IMG/VR virus record: IMGVR_UViG_3300042141_000203
Source: an uncultured virus (IMG/VR IMGVR_UViG_3300042141_000203)
Lineage: Duplodnaviria; Heunggongvirae; Uroviricota; Caudoviricetes
Length of the DNA stretch: 64,000 nucleotides
Direction: 5' to 3' (one strand)
The notes beneath the pieces are model-generated. The model saw only the letters and a program-made list of their open reading frames with translations, was not told where the DNA came from and ran no database searches. Below, piece by piece: positions 29,222-39,501 of this stretch; within the stretch, counting starts at the first letter, position 1, and each line of letters opens with the position of its first letter. Position numbers and translations under genes: made by a program.

Positions 29222-29358
29222 CCCAACAGTATTCGATCCACCGCGACCCGAAGAAACGACGCTCGCCCTATCAGCCTCACGAGTTCAACCCGTTCTACGA
29301 GCCGCCCAAGCCGCGGCTGATTACTCCGCAGATTTTGGACGAGATTTTCAAGGACTAA
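29080..29358 (+). CDS. Tail chaperone -1 frame extension (start undefined)
   Basis: YELAGIIGVHPGEWTLRGL...FNPF in the -1 frame, overlapping the chaperone 3' end. Confidence 0.6.
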   Translation, partial: EVPDIYRLCYELAGIIGVHPGEWTLRGLVWASRSRQKESWNHTSSVIAQQYSIHRDPKKRRSPYQPHEFNPFYEPPKPRLITPQILDEIFKD

Positions 29359-29364
29359 CCGGGT

Positions 29365-31686
29365 ATGGCAACGGCAGGAAGTGTCAGAGCTGGAGGCGCC
29401 TTCGTCGAGATTTTCGCGAAGGACGGCGCATTCCAGCAGGCCATGACTCGCGTGCAGGCTAGGCTCAAGGCCGTCGGCGCGTCGATGCAACAGTTCGGCA
29501 CCAAGATGATGCTCGGCGGTACGGCCGTCGGGCTGCCGCTGGTGCTCGCCGCCCGCCAGGCCGCCACGTTCGAGGATGCCCTGCTCGGGATGCGGGCGGC
29601 CGCCGGCCTGTCGGCCGACCAGGTGGCGGTCATGGAGGCCGAGGCCCTTCGCCTGTCAAAGACGATGGGGGTTTCGCCGGCCAAGATTGCCAACGCGATG
29701 CTCGAGCTGGCGAAGGCCGGCATGGACGTGAAGGACGTGCTCGGCGGCGCCGCGGAAAGCGCCATCCAGTTCGCCCGCGTGTCCGGCGTCGAAATGGCAG
29801 ACGCGGCCGTGTTCATGAAAGTTGCCATGAACAGCTTTGGCGTTTCGGCCGTCGAGGCGGTCGATACCCTGTCGGCCGCCGCCGACGCGTCCGAAACGTC
29901 GATTGCGGCGATGGTGGAATCGTTCGCGCTCGTGGGCTCCGCCGGGGCACTATTCAACCAATCGCTTTTCGATATTTCGCAAGGCCTCGCCATCCTCGCC
30001 AGGTTCGGCATCCGCGGCGAGGAGGCCGGCACGGGCATCAAGACGATGCTCGTGCGGCTGACTTCGCCGAGCAACGAGGCGCGGGAGGCCTTGGCGAAAA
30101 TCGGGCTGACCATGGGCGACTTTCGCGACCAGGCCGGCAAGCTGCTGCCCATCGGGCAGATCGTCGACATTCTTGCGCGGAAGTTGGGGCAGGTCGACAA
30201 GATGGCGGGCGACGAAATCCTGACGACCGTGTTCGGCGATCGCGGCATCCGCGTTATCGGCGCGTTCCTGCAGGTCGGGCAGCAGGGATTCACGAGCATG
30301 GCCGACGCGATGGAGAGCAACCTGTCCGTCGCAGCGAAGTTTCAAATCATCATGTCCGGCATCAGCGGCGCCTTCGACAAGCTGGGGGCGGCCGTGCAGC
30401 GGCTTTCCATTTCGTTCGCCAAGAGTCTCGGCGATTCGTTCGGGCCTGTGGTGTCTGGCATCACGTTCGTCCTCGACGCGATCGGGGCGCTCATCGAGCG
30501 TTTCCCGCTCATCACGAAACTGGTCGTCGGGGTCGTTGGCGGAATGTTCCTCCTAGGCGCGGCCGCGATCGTGGCTGGCCTCGCGCTCAAGGTGCTATCG
30601 GCCGCCGTCGGCGTGCTGTCGGCCGTGCTGGCGGCCATCGCCACCCCGATCGGGATGATGGCGGCCATCCTGGTCGGCGGCATCACGCTGGCAATCGTGG
30701 CGGCCAGGCAGTTGTCGCCGGCGTTTCGTCGCGAGTTCGACGCGATCATGGAGGCGCTGGCCGCGCTGGATTTCAGCCGCGCGTGGCAGCTCATGAAGCT
30801 CAATCTGGCTATCGCGATCACGCAAATGGCGAAGATCGCGCACGGCTTTTTCGCCTCCATCGGCAACGCGGCGGCTGCGGCCGGGTCCTACATCTCCGAC
30901 AAGATCATCGAGGGCCTGGACCGCCTTATGGGTGTGTTCGGCAGCGACATACTCGCCATGCAGTCAGCGTTTGAAAAGCTGGGCCTCTACCTGCGTGCAG
31001 CGTTTGATTGGAAGTTCGCCATTACCGGCCTGCGATCCGCCTTGGCGGAAGTCGACCGCGAAGTCGAGAAGCGGCGAAAGGCGTCGGGCACCGCCAACGA
31101 CAGGGCCAGGGCCCGGCGTGACGCCAGGCAGCAGGCCGCCGACGACAGGCAGCGGCAGGACGACGAGCGAAATGCCCAATACGACGCCACGATCGCCAAT
31201 CTCGTCGAGGAGCGGGATCGTGCGAAGATGCCACAGAAGCCGGCGCAGCGCGAGGACGAAAAAACCGCGGCGAAGCGTTCGGATTTTCGGAAGCCTGGGT
31301 TTGATTCGCCCGGGACCGGGCAGGCGGTCCCAGGATTCGGCGCGATGCTGGCGACGTTCTCGTCCGGCATCGCCGGCCAAATCGGCATTGGGCCCCAAGT
31401 CGACTTTGCCAAGGCAACCGCCGACAACACGAAGCGCACCGCCGACGGCATCCAGCAGCTCCTAAACGTCGGCGACTTCGGCAAGGGAGGTATCAAGAAC
31501 CTCGATCCCGCCGCGCTCCAGCAGGCGATCGCGCAGGTGGGGCAGCCGCCGCAGGCGCCGGTGGCACCAGACGACCGGGACCTGGTTTCGGCATCCGAAA
31601 AGACCGCCGCCGCGTCCGAGCGGCAGGTGCAGTTGCTAGACCAGATCGCCAGGGCCGTCCGCAGCGGCGGCCTCGCCTTCGCCTAG
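29365..31686 (+). CDS. Tape measure protein (TP901-family core)
   Basis: VRAGGAFVE start; GIRGEEAGTGIKTMLVRL core; hydrophobic segments. Confidence 0.9.
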   Translation: MATAGSVRAGGAFVEIFAKDGAFQQAMTRVQARLKAVGASMQQFGTKMMLGGTAVGLPLVLAARQAATFEDALLGMRAAAGLSADQVAVMEAEALRLSKTMGVSPAKIANAMLELAKAGMDVKDVLGGAAESAIQFARVSGVEMADAAVFMKVAMNSFGVSAVEAVDTLSAAADASETSIAAMVESFALVGSAGALFNQSLFDISQGLAILARFGIRGEEAGTGIKTMLVRLTSPSNEAREALAKIGLTMGDFRDQAGKLLPIGQIVDILARKLGQVDKMAGDEILTTVFGDRGIRVIGAFLQVGQQGFTSMADAMESNLSVAAKFQIIMSGISGAFDKLGAAVQRLSISFAKSLGDSFGPVVSGITFVLDAIGALIERFPLITKLVVGVVGGMFLLGAAAIVAGLALKVLSAAVGVLSAVLAAIATPIGMMAAILVGGITLAIVAARQLSPAFRREFDAIMEALAALDFSRAWQLMKLNLAIAITQMAKIAHGFFASIGNAAAAAGSYISDKIIEGLDRLMGVFGSDILAMQSAFEKLGLYLRAAFDWKFAITGLRSALAEVDREVEKRRKASGTANDRARARRDARQQAADDRQRQDDERNAQYDATIANLVEERDRAKMPQKPAQREDEKTAAKRSDFRKPGFDSPGTGQAVPGFGAMLATFSSGIAGQIGIGPQVDFAKATADNTKRTADGIQQLLNVGDFGKGGIKNLDPAALQQAIAQVGQPPQAPVAPDDRDLVSASEKTAAASERQVQLLDQIARAVRSGGLAFA

Positions 31687-31693
31687 GTGCATC

Positions 31694-32650
31694 ATGCCGT
31701 ATCCAGAGAAAATCGAGCTATTCGAAAGCGGCAGCGGCGGCCTGACGACGCAGGACAACGGCCTCCTCGAGCGGGAGGTCACGTTGAAGTGGCTCCTGCC
31801 GAATATGGTGAGCTACGCGGCCGCCGAAAAGAAGGGCGAGGAAATAGCGCCGCTGGACTACGGCGAGCATCGCCGGCGACGGCTGGACGTGCGAAGTCTC
31901 GGCAACAAGTGGTACGAAATTACCGCCGACTACCGGAAGTTCATGCCGGCGGACGACGAGAACGACAACAACAGCGATAGTGGAAACGATCCGTCGGCAA
32001 ACACGATTTCGTTCGACACGTCCGGCGGCACCGAGCATATTTCGCAGGCCTTCCAGCCCAACGGCGACACGTTCGGCGAGCAGGTTCCCGGTTCGTTCAC
32101 CGGCATCAAGGGCCAACTCGGCCACGGCCGTCCGAATGAGGGCGCCCTGGTGCCGGACCTGGAAGGGGCCATCAACGTCGAGGGCGACCAGGTGAAGGGT
32201 GTGGACAAGGTGGTCCCGCTATTCAACTTCTCGGAAACGTGGACGTTCCCGTCGCGATTCCTCGTGACGAGCTACATCGCGACGCTCTACCAGCTCACGG
32301 GCACCGTCAACAAGAACGATTGGCGCGTATTCAAGGGCGGCGAGGTCCTATTCATGGGCGCCCGCGGCGAAATCAACCGCAGTTCAGCGGCCGCCAGCGT
32401 CACGTTCTCGTTTTCCGCCAGGCCAAACCGCGGCACGTTCAAGGTCGGAGAAGTTGAGGTCACGGGCGGAAAGCTTGGGTGGGAGCAAATGAGCGTCATG
32501 TACGAAACGAGCGCCGGGCCTGCCACGATCATCCGGCGGCCAAAGTTCGTGTTCATCAACAGCGTCTATGGCGGCACAGACTTCTCGCGGCTTTCCATCG
32601 GCAACCAGTTCCCGGCCGTGTATCCGCCGCCAGGCACCTTCGCCCCCTGA
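31694..32650 (+). CDS. Putative tail hub/distal tail protein
   Basis: After tape measure; SFDTSGGTEHI, LTGTVN, GEVLFMGA motifs. Confidence 0.6.
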   Translation: MPYPEKIELFESGSGGLTTQDNGLLEREVTLKWLLPNMVSYAAAEKKGEEIAPLDYGEHRRRRLDVRSLGNKWYEITADYRKFMPADDENDNNSDSGNDPSANTISFDTSGGTEHISQAFQPNGDTFGEQVPGSFTGIKGQLGHGRPNEGALVPDLEGAINVEGDQVKGVDKVVPLFNFSETWTFPSRFLVTSYIATLYQLTGTVNKNDWRVFKGGEVLFMGARGEINRSSAAASVTFSFSARPNRGTFKVGEVEVTGGKLGWEQMSVMYETSAGPATIIRRPKFVFINSVYGGTDFSRLSIGNQFPAVYPPPGTFAP

Positions 32651-32652
32651 CC

Positions 32653-33240
32653 ATGGACCCATACCAGAAAGTGCAGCAGGGTGAGCGTCTTGTCATTCAC
32701 GCGCAGGCGTGGAACAAGATGCTCGACAGTATTTCGGTGCCGCAGCAAACGGGCGGCGAGCTGGCCGGCCTCGAGCCGGGCCCGAATATCGTGTGGGTCA
32801 AGAACAGTTCCGCCGGCGACGTGCCGAGGTTCGGGGTTCTCGGCATTGGCGGGGTGGCGATAGCGCCGACGGCGGGGGCGACGCAAGAGCTGGAGTTCGC
32901 CAGGCGGCCGGCCCTTCTCGGCGTGACGCCAACCGAGGCCTCGCACGCGGATCGTTTCGTCGTCTGCCTCGAGCCGATCAAGCAGAACGCTTTTGGCCGC
33001 GCGGCCATCGGCGGCGTGTTTGCCTGCAAAGTGTTTGTGCATAGCCCGCAGCACCGCTACGCGGGCATCCGCGACAACGACCGGACGCAGCTGCAATCGG
33101 CATCCTGCGGCCTGGTGCAACTGCTGTGGGTGCAAGCCACGGGGCCCGCCAACGCTGTCACGGGAGCCACCGGGCCGAGCGGCGTTACCGGGTCGACGGG
33201 CCCCACTGGAGCGTACAAGTGGGCCGTGGGGGTCATGTAG
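32653..33240 (+). CDS. Tail protein with short G-x-T collagen-like repeat
   Basis: VKNSSAGDVPRFGVLGI; C-terminal GATGPSGVTGSTGPTG. Confidence 0.6.
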   Translation: MDPYQKVQQGERLVIHAQAWNKMLDSISVPQQTGGELAGLEPGPNIVWVKNSSAGDVPRFGVLGIGGVAIAPTAGATQELEFARRPALLGVTPTEASHADRFVVCLEPIKQNAFGRAAIGGVFACKVFVHSPQHRYAGIRDNDRTQLQSASCGLVQLLWVQATGPANAVTGATGPSGVTGSTGPTGAYKWAVGVM

Positions 33241-33241
33241 C

Positions 33242-35083
33242 GTGCGCCGCGTCCAGAAGTGCCGCTGCTGCAAGTGCCTGGGCGACTGCCGCCGTCCGTA
33301 TCGTGTCGTCCGGCTTGTGGATCAGACGACCGATCCGGCCAAGGTGCCGCTGGAGATTCAGCCAGGCGTATTCGAGGATCGGTTCCAACGCTACGAGCTG
33401 GGGCCTGGGTTCAACGAGGCCTGCATCTGGCGCGTCAAGTCCGGCAGCGTGCAAATGCTGTCGTTTACCAGTGTGTTCAGCACCTCGCTGGCCGCCAGAA
33501 ATGCAATCGCCGAGATCGGGCTGAACTACCAATCCCTTTCGACGGGCACCGCGGCGGCCGCCACGGCGGCCATCGAGGCGGCGATCGCCTGGTACACGAC
33601 GAAGCAGCGGGCCGATTGGTGGAAGCGAGTCCTCCCGTTTTTCGGCCAGGTGTACGACCCGGCCGACGATTACGTTCCAATCGGCGGCTCCACGTCACTG
33701 TCGATGACGGCGCAGGGGACGAAGGTGGTCCGCGGCCCATTCTCCACCCCGCGGCATACGCTGCTGCTGCGGCTCTCTCCTACGACCGGGTCCTCCGTGC
33801 TCCCGGCGACTGTCGACGTGCTGATTGGCTGCAACGACGATGGGGAGTCGCCGGTAGCCACGCTACGGCTGCGAGTGGAGCACGGCACGCTCTATACCCA
33901 GTTGCCGCGGCTGTCTGGCAATCCATCCCTCGCCTCGCACGTCTTTGCGCTGCCGGCTGCCGGCCCAACGGAGTGCCGCATCGTCCTCGAGGTCTTAGAT
34001 TCGTCGGGAAGCGTGATTGAGTCGCGCGAAGTGCGAAACTTCCCCAACCCGCATTTCCCGCAAGCGCTCGTATCGAATAACGGCTGCCGCCTGCAAGGCC
34101 TGGCGTTGCGCGTCGCGGTCACGAACAAGCGCGGCCTTCGAATCGAGGCGATTTTGAACCAGTTGCCGGAAATCGTTGCCGACGGCATCGAGACAGGGGC
34201 GGCGGAGTGGTCGAACTACGGCCCCCCGATTCGGCACCTGTTTGAGCCGATCCCGTGGCCGAGCCAGCCGGAAACAGAATACGACATCAGCCGCATCGGC
34301 GTCGCCATGCCGCGAGCGACAAACCTCAACGTCGAGGTGAGTCACAGGCCGCTGGAGAGGAACGACGAAGGATCGCCAGAGTTTTACGACGTACCACAAG
34401 GCGGCGGGTGCGCCGACAGCGACGAGGCCAAGGACGCCATGCGGGCCGGCGAAAAAACGGTCTGCACGGCCTGGTCCAGACAGTGCCACGTTTCTCACTC
34501 CAGCGAGAACGAGTGTTTCACGGAGCTGGACGTTGAGATTGCCGGGACTGCCAACCCGGCCGCGGGCGGCCTTTTCTCCTATCCCGACCTGGCCGCCGTG
34601 CTGCAAGGCGCGTTCACGCTGGCAAACCTGGCTGCCGACGGCGCGCCGCTCATGCAAAACACGTTCTGGTTCGCCGACGATACCGACGTGACCGTTGGGA
34701 CTGCCACGCGGAAGCGGATCGAAATATCGGCGGTTATCGGTGCCCACTGGCCCGTCCCGGTGTGCATCGGATCGGAGCGGCCCGTGGAGATTGCGCTATT
34801 CGCCAGGGCGAACTTTCGGACGACGGATGGCGGGGCGCTGCCGTTTCCATTCGCCGCGAACGTCGACTACTCGATCGCGGCCGCGCTGCGGGCGAGGGTG
34901 TCGCAGCGGTTGTTGCTCGGACAGGTCGCGTCTCCATCGGTTGACGATTACTACACGGGAGTCATGCACTGGGACCTTGATTTCCCTTGGGGCACCGCAT
35001 TTTGGCAAACGGCCACCCAGCAGGCCGGCCAGGCCAACGCGATGCACATGAACCTTACGACCTGCAGGTTTCAGCTCCAATGA
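33242..35083 (+). CDS. Large hypothetical tail/receptor-binding protein
   Basis: GTG start inferred; N-terminal CRCCKC cluster; positional analogue of 16647..18707. Confidence 0.55.
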   Translation: MRRVQKCRCCKCLGDCRRPYRVVRLVDQTTDPAKVPLEIQPGVFEDRFQRYELGPGFNEACIWRVKSGSVQMLSFTSVFSTSLAARNAIAEIGLNYQSLSTGTAAAATAAIEAAIAWYTTKQRADWWKRVLPFFGQVYDPADDYVPIGGSTSLSMTAQGTKVVRGPFSTPRHTLLLRLSPTTGSSVLPATVDVLIGCNDDGESPVATLRLRVEHGTLYTQLPRLSGNPSLASHVFALPAAGPTECRIVLEVLDSSGSVIESREVRNFPNPHFPQALVSNNGCRLQGLALRVAVTNKRGLRIEAILNQLPEIVADGIETGAAEWSNYGPPIRHLFEPIPWPSQPETEYDISRIGVAMPRATNLNVEVSHRPLERNDEGSPEFYDVPQGGGCADSDEAKDAMRAGEKTVCTAWSRQCHVSHSSENECFTELDVEIAGTANPAAGGLFSYPDLAAVLQGAFTLANLAADGAPLMQNTFWFADDTDVTVGTATRKRIEISAVIGAHWPVPVCIGSERPVEIALFARANFRTTDGGALPFPFAANVDYSIAAALRARVSQRLLLGQVASPSVDDYYTGVMHWDLDFPWGTAFWQTATQQAGQANAMHMNLTTCRFQLQ

Positions 35084-35376
35084 ACTGCGCATTCGAGGCC
35101 GGCGCGTGCCGTCGCTGCGGCGCCAGGCGCGATCCCCCGTATCCGCTGCGACGCTGCACGCCGGGGATAGGCGACGCCGCCGCAATCGCACTCAAGGCGG
35201 TCGGCATAACGGAGTCGCGGGCGGAGAGGCTTGCTAGGCTCGCTGGGTATGCCTCGTGTGGCTGCCCCGGCAGGCGGGCCTATCTCAACCGTGTCGGCAG
35301 GTATTTCGGAATCGGTGATAGCACCGCCGAAACGGGGTTGACGGCCATTCCAGATAAGGCAGAACCGAAGAAATGA
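35080..35376 (+). CDS. Hypothetical Cys-containing protein
   Basis: PGIGDA...VGIT...CGCPGRRAYLN. Confidence 0.6.
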   Translation: MNCAFEAGACRRCGARRDPPYPLRRCTPGIGDAAAIALKAVGITESRAERLARLAGYASCGCPGRRAYLNRVGRYFGIGDSTAETGLTAIPDKAEPKK

Positions 35377-35663
35377 GCCCGAAGCGACGGAAGCCGAGCC
35401 GCGTCTACATCGGCGAGCGTCGCTGGTCCATCAAGCGAATCGACTACCCCCGCGATCGCGAGGGGGATTGCAACTGGGAGAAGCGGACCATCCGCGTCCA
35501 CCGCTCCATGCACGGAATTGCGCTCATGGACGTTTTGCTCCACGAAATACTCCATGCCAGGTTTCCAGACTTGGCGGAGGAAACGGTCGAGGAAGTGGCG
35601 AGCACCGCCGCCGCGATCCTTGACGCCGAGGGGTTCCGCCAGGCCGACGATCACGAGGACTGA
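35373..35663 (+). CDS. Small HExxH metallopeptidase-like protein
   Basis: VLLHEILHARFP. Confidence 0.65.
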   Translation: MSPKRRKPSRVYIGERRWSIKRIDYPRDREGDCNWEKRTIRVHRSMHGIALMDVLLHEILHARFPDLAEETVEEVASTAAAILDAEGFRQADDHED

Positions 35664-35906
35664 ATGAAAACTCCGCGACTGATCGACCAGGTTCGTGAGT
35701 CGATGCCCAAAAAGGGCATGGCCCCGTGGTACACGCAGATTTCACCCGCGCTCGCCGCCGAGCTGGAGGAAGTCGTGAAGTCGTTCAAGGCAGGAAAAAT
35801 CAAGGGCTCGAAAACCGGGCTGGCTAATTCCATCGCGAAGGCCCTGCAGTCGCGAGGAATCCCCATCGGCCTGCGAGGAGTGCAGTCATGGCTCGAGCGT
35901 CATTAG
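35664..35906 (+). CDS. Hypothetical helical protein (homolog of 19375..19638)
   Basis: Shared C-terminal motif. Confidence 0.6.
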   Translation: MKTPRLIDQVRESMPKKGMAPWYTQISPALAAELEEVVKSFKAGKIKGSKTGLANSIAKALQSRGIPIGLRGVQSWLERH

Positions 35907-36985
35907 CGAAAACCGTCGCTGCTGATCTGGCGTCGGGCGAGCGGCTGGCGGCGGATGCCGAAATCGCCAGACTGCGGGCCGAGGTCGCCGGACTGCGGGC
36001 ACGGCACAAAACCGCAGTGACGGCGCTGAACGCTGAACGCGACCGTATCGAGGCCCTTGTCGGGCTCTCGGGCGTCAAGTCGCAAAGGCCGGCTGCCATG
36101 AAGGGGGGCAAGAGTCGGCACGCGGCCACGGCCATCGTCGTCCTGTCCGATTGGCACGTCGAGGAAACCGTTGGCGACGAGGTTGGCGCGGCCGGCCAGT
36201 TCAATCGGTACAACCTGGAAATCGCCGACGCCAGGATCGCCGAGTTGGGGGAGCGTATCGCGACGCTCGTGGAGCATGAGCGGCAACTAGTGAAGGTCGA
36301 CAGGATCGTGATTGCCGCGCTGGGCGACTTCTGCAGCGGGCACATCCACGAGGAGCTGATGGAAACGACGAGCCTCGCCCCGATGGCGGCGATGCGGTGG
36401 GCGGCCGCCAGGCTCCGCGGCATCATCGACCTGGCGGCGGATATGGCGAAGGAAGTCATCGTCGTGACGCAGCCGGGCAATCACGGCCGCAGCAATCACG
36501 GCAAGCCGCGCGCGGCCACCGAGCACGAGCACAGTTTCGAGCAAAACCAGTACCTCATCATGGCGGCCGAGGAGCGGCGGAAAAACGTCACCTGGCAGGT
36601 GTCGGAGAGCTACTTGGGGTTTCTCGATCTGGATGGGTTCATCGTCCGGTATCACCATGGGCACGCCATCCGCTCGTTCGGTGCCATCGGCGGAATCACC
36701 ATCGCCGTCAACAAGGCGATCGCCCAATGGAACCGCAGCCAGGCGGCGGACCTGGACATATTCGGGCACTGGCATCAGTTCGGTTGGCTGCGCGGCCGTT
36801 ACGTTTCGAACGGGAGCGTAATCGGCATGAACGCATACGGAATCCGCATCAAGGCCGAGTTCGAGCCGCCATCGCAGTCGCTCGTCATTGTTGACGGCGG
36901 AAGGCGGGAGGTCACCAAGGCCCTGCCCATATTCTGCGACCGCGATCTGCAGCAACGGAGGGCCGAGCGTGCGGCCAGCCAGTGA
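35888..36985 (+). CDS. Calcineurin-like metallophosphoesterase
   Basis: SDWH, LGD, GNHGR, HHGH, GHWH motifs. Confidence 0.85.
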   Translation: MARASLAKTVAADLASGERLAADAEIARLRAEVAGLRARHKTAVTALNAERDRIEALVGLSGVKSQRPAAMKGGKSRHAATAIVVLSDWHVEETVGDEVGAAGQFNRYNLEIADARIAELGERIATLVEHERQLVKVDRIVIAALGDFCSGHIHEELMETTSLAPMAAMRWAAARLRGIIDLAADMAKEVIVVTQPGNHGRSNHGKPRAATEHEHSFEQNQYLIMAAEERRKNVTWQVSESYLGFLDLDGFIVRYHHGHAIRSFGAIGGITIAVNKAIAQWNRSQAADLDIFGHWHQFGWLRGRYVSNGSVIGMNAYGIRIKAEFEPPSQSLVIVDGGRREVTKALPIFCDRDLQQRRAERAASQ

Positions 36986-37748
36986 GCTACTGCCAGACGA
37001 CTACCTGCAGGCAGCCGAGCGGCGCGGCCGGCAATTCAGTGGAACATTCGACCAGGGCACCAGCGGCACGCTTGCCGCGGACTGCCTGCGACTTCTCAAG
37101 GAAAGGAAACTGCTGATGGGCACGATTTCGGACCTGGAGCACCAGAACGCCGCCTTGCGCGAGGCCGTCGAAAACCGGATCGCCTTCGCCGAGGCGGCCT
37201 GCTGCGAAGGGCAGCCGCTATGCCGTTCCATCGACACGAGGGGGCCGCTCGTCGACCCGGAAACCGTGATCGCCGAGGACGACGAGGCGATCGGCGGGCG
37301 GTGCGTTTCCGGGTTCAGCCAGGCGGAGGCGGAAAAGGCCTGGGAGGCCGTTCGCGAGCGGCACCAGGAAATGCACGCCGCCATTCGCCAGGAGCCCGCG
37401 GAGCCCGTCCGGCCGCAGCGGGTGTTTGGCGTGGCCGGGGCCCGCTTGCCGTCCGCCGACAAGGGCATCGAACTGCTGCGGCAGGCTATCGACACGATCG
37501 AGCAGCGTAGTGCGGTCTACGGCCCGCCGGCCAAGCATTTCAAAATCACCGTTGGCCTGCTCAACGCGGCCTTTGCCGAGCGGCTGCAGGAACGGATCGA
37601 GGATGGCCGCGAGCCGTTCGAGCTGGCGGATTGGCCGCTCATCATGATCTTGGACAAGGTGGCGCGGACGATGGGGCCCGTCGTGAATCCCGACACAGAC
37701 GTCGACCTGGCCGGCTACGCGGCGACGCGGGCGGCCTGCGCGGGCTGA
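36969..37748 (+). CDS. Protein with C-terminal DUF6378-like domain
   Basis: AIDTIEQRSAVYGPP..HF...LDKVAR...D.DVDLAGYAA; start uncertain. Confidence 0.65.
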   Translation: MRPASELLPDDYLQAAERRGRQFSGTFDQGTSGTLAADCLRLLKERKLLMGTISDLEHQNAALREAVENRIAFAEAACCEGQPLCRSIDTRGPLVDPETVIAEDDEAIGGRCVSGFSQAEAEKAWEAVRERHQEMHAAIRQEPAEPVRPQRVFGVAGARLPSADKGIELLRQAIDTIEQRSAVYGPPAKHFKITVGLLNAAFAERLQERIEDGREPFELADWPLIMILDKVARTMGPVVNPDTDVDLAGYAATRAACAG

Positions 37749-37829
37749 TTTCACAGGCGGTTTTCGTGGGAGCGTCACGCGCGGGAAACATGGTGAACAA
37801 ACGTACAATAGAAGCAGGAGCCCACGACG

Positions 37830-38063
37830 TTGATTTCTCGCGCGCGACCTGACGAGTCTGCATATCGGCATACGGCCCAAGGCCGCGAGCCGATTGCGCC
37901 TCCGAGCGGCGAGCACGTCCACTACACGCCGCGGCGAAGTGTGGGCATCGGTTCAATCACGAGTCGGTCGAGCAAGATCACGTTTTTCGAGCTGCTGGCC
38001 TACGAGCTGGGCTGCACGGTCACGACCGCAAAGCGACTCTACGAGGAAGGACTGATCCGCTAG
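37830..38063 (+). CDS. Hypothetical protein
   Basis: AGGAG RBS, TTG start, downstream of palindromic box. Confidence 0.55.
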   Translation: MISRARPDESAYRHTAQGREPIAPPSGEHVHYTPRRSVGIGSITSRSSKITFFELLAYELGCTVTTAKRLYEEGLIR

Positions 38064-38573
38064 ATGGCAACGACCCTTTCCGTCAGCGGCAATTCCCGCT
38101 GCACCTACTCGTTCTCCGACGGCCCGGCGATCGGCAGCCTCGCCGAGAGTGTCGAGATTCGCACCGCTCGCACGGTCGCCAACGGGACGGGCGCGGGCCA
38201 GGCAAACGTGGCGTGGCGCAACCGCGTCACGATCGCGGCCGGCCAGGCCTACTCGATGGACCTTCTGAACCTGGGGGCGACGGCCTTCGGGTTCGGCGGC
38301 AAGGTGGTCATCAACACGCTCAAGGAGCTGTTCGTCGTCGTCAATACGACGACCGCGAGCCGCTACGTCCTCGTGGGCGTCATCGGCCCCAACGACACGA
38401 CCGCCTACTCCGCCCGCGTCAACCGCGGCGGCGACTACCGCGTCGCCGACTACCAGGATGGTTGGGCCGTCACGAACAACGTGAACAACGTCGTCTACAT
38501 AGCCAATCCGTCGGGGGGCAGCGTCGAAATTGACGTTCTGGCCGTCGGCGTCGGGAGCACTGCCGATACATGA
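38064..38573 (+). CDS. Hypothetical virion protein (similar to 6997..7449)
   Basis: Shared G.GAGQA.VAW motif. Confidence 0.65.
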   Translation: MATTLSVSGNSRCTYSFSDGPAIGSLAESVEIRTARTVANGTGAGQANVAWRNRVTIAAGQAYSMDLLNLGATAFGFGGKVVINTLKELFVVVNTTTASRYVLVGVIGPNDTTAYSARVNRGGDYRVADYQDGWAVTNNVNNVVYIANPSGGSVEIDVLAVGVGSTADT

Positions 38574-38941
38574 TTTCCGACGCACCTGCTTTCGCTTCCT
38601 CTGGTCTGCCCGGCGTCGCCGAGAAGGTGCGGGCGTTTATCCAGACGGCATCGGCCGCGGCGGCCGGCGGCATCTCCGTGTCCGAGTTCGGCGAGCTGGT
38701 TGTCGCCCTGCTGCGCGTCGCCATGGCCGCCGTGGATTCGATGCCGGTGGACGGGGCCGAGAAAAAGGCCTGGGTCCTCGAGGCCGTCGGTCTGCTGTTC
38801 GATGCGGTAGCCGACAAGTGCGTTCCCGCCCTCGCCTATCCCGTCTGGATCGTCGTCCGCCCTGCCGTGCGTTCGCTCGTGCTGCTGGCGGCCGCTGGTG
38901 CCATCGAGTCGATGCTGCCCCTCGTTCGCAAGGCTGCCTAA
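38570..38941 (+). CDS. Hydrophobic protein, possible lysis component
   Basis: Amphipathic/hydrophobic helices, GAEKK motif. Confidence 0.5.
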   Translation: MISDAPAFASSGLPGVAEKVRAFIQTASAAAAGGISVSEFGELVVALLRVAMAAVDSMPVDGAEKKAWVLEAVGLLFDAVADKCVPALAYPVWIVVRPAVRSLVLLAAAGAIESMLPLVRKAA

Positions 38942-39501
38942 TGCTCGCCGCCATCTGTATCGGGTCCGCCGCCCTGCTGATCGCCTGGCCGTGGATCGCC
39001 GAGCGTGCCGCCACGTTCGCCGCCACCGGAGGCGTCGCCAAGATTGACCGCCGGCAGGCCGCCGCCGCGGTGCTGCTGGTCGCCGGGGCCTTGTCGTATT
39101 TCGGTGGCAACAAGCCGGCTGTCCCGACGCCCGCACCGCCGGCCCCCGACGCGAAACTGATCCTCAAGGGGAAGTTCGTCGGCCCCGACGCCGCCGTGGA
39201 CGCCGCGATCACGGCCGCGCTCATGGAGGAAGTGGCCGCGGAGCTGGAGTTCGACGCCGGGCTGCCGGAACCGCTGCTCCGCACCGGGCAGGCGATGGAC
39301 CAGCTCCGCCAGCGGGCCCGCCTGCTCCTGTGCCGTGGCGTCAGCCTGGGCGAGAAGCATCCTCGAGCCCGCGACGCCATCAAGGCCTACCTGGACGCGG
39401 CGGCCGGCGTCGCCGGCGGTCCGCTGTCGCCGGCCGAGCGGGCCGCGTGGGTTTCCGCCTACCGGGAAGTCGCGAGGGCTGCCGCTGATGCCAGCCGGTG
39501 A
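38941..39501 (+). CDS. Membrane protein (two N-terminal TM segments, Pro linker)
   Basis: Hydrophobic N-terminus, PTPAPPAP linker. Confidence 0.6.
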   Translation: MLAAICIGSAALLIAWPWIAERAATFAATGGVAKIDRRQAAAAVLLVAGALSYFGGNKPAVPTPAPPAPDAKLILKGKFVGPDAAVDAAITAALMEEVAAELEFDAGLPEPLLRTGQAMDQLRQRARLLLCRGVSLGEKHPRARDAIKAYLDAAAGVAGGPLSPAERAAWVSAYREVARAAADASR

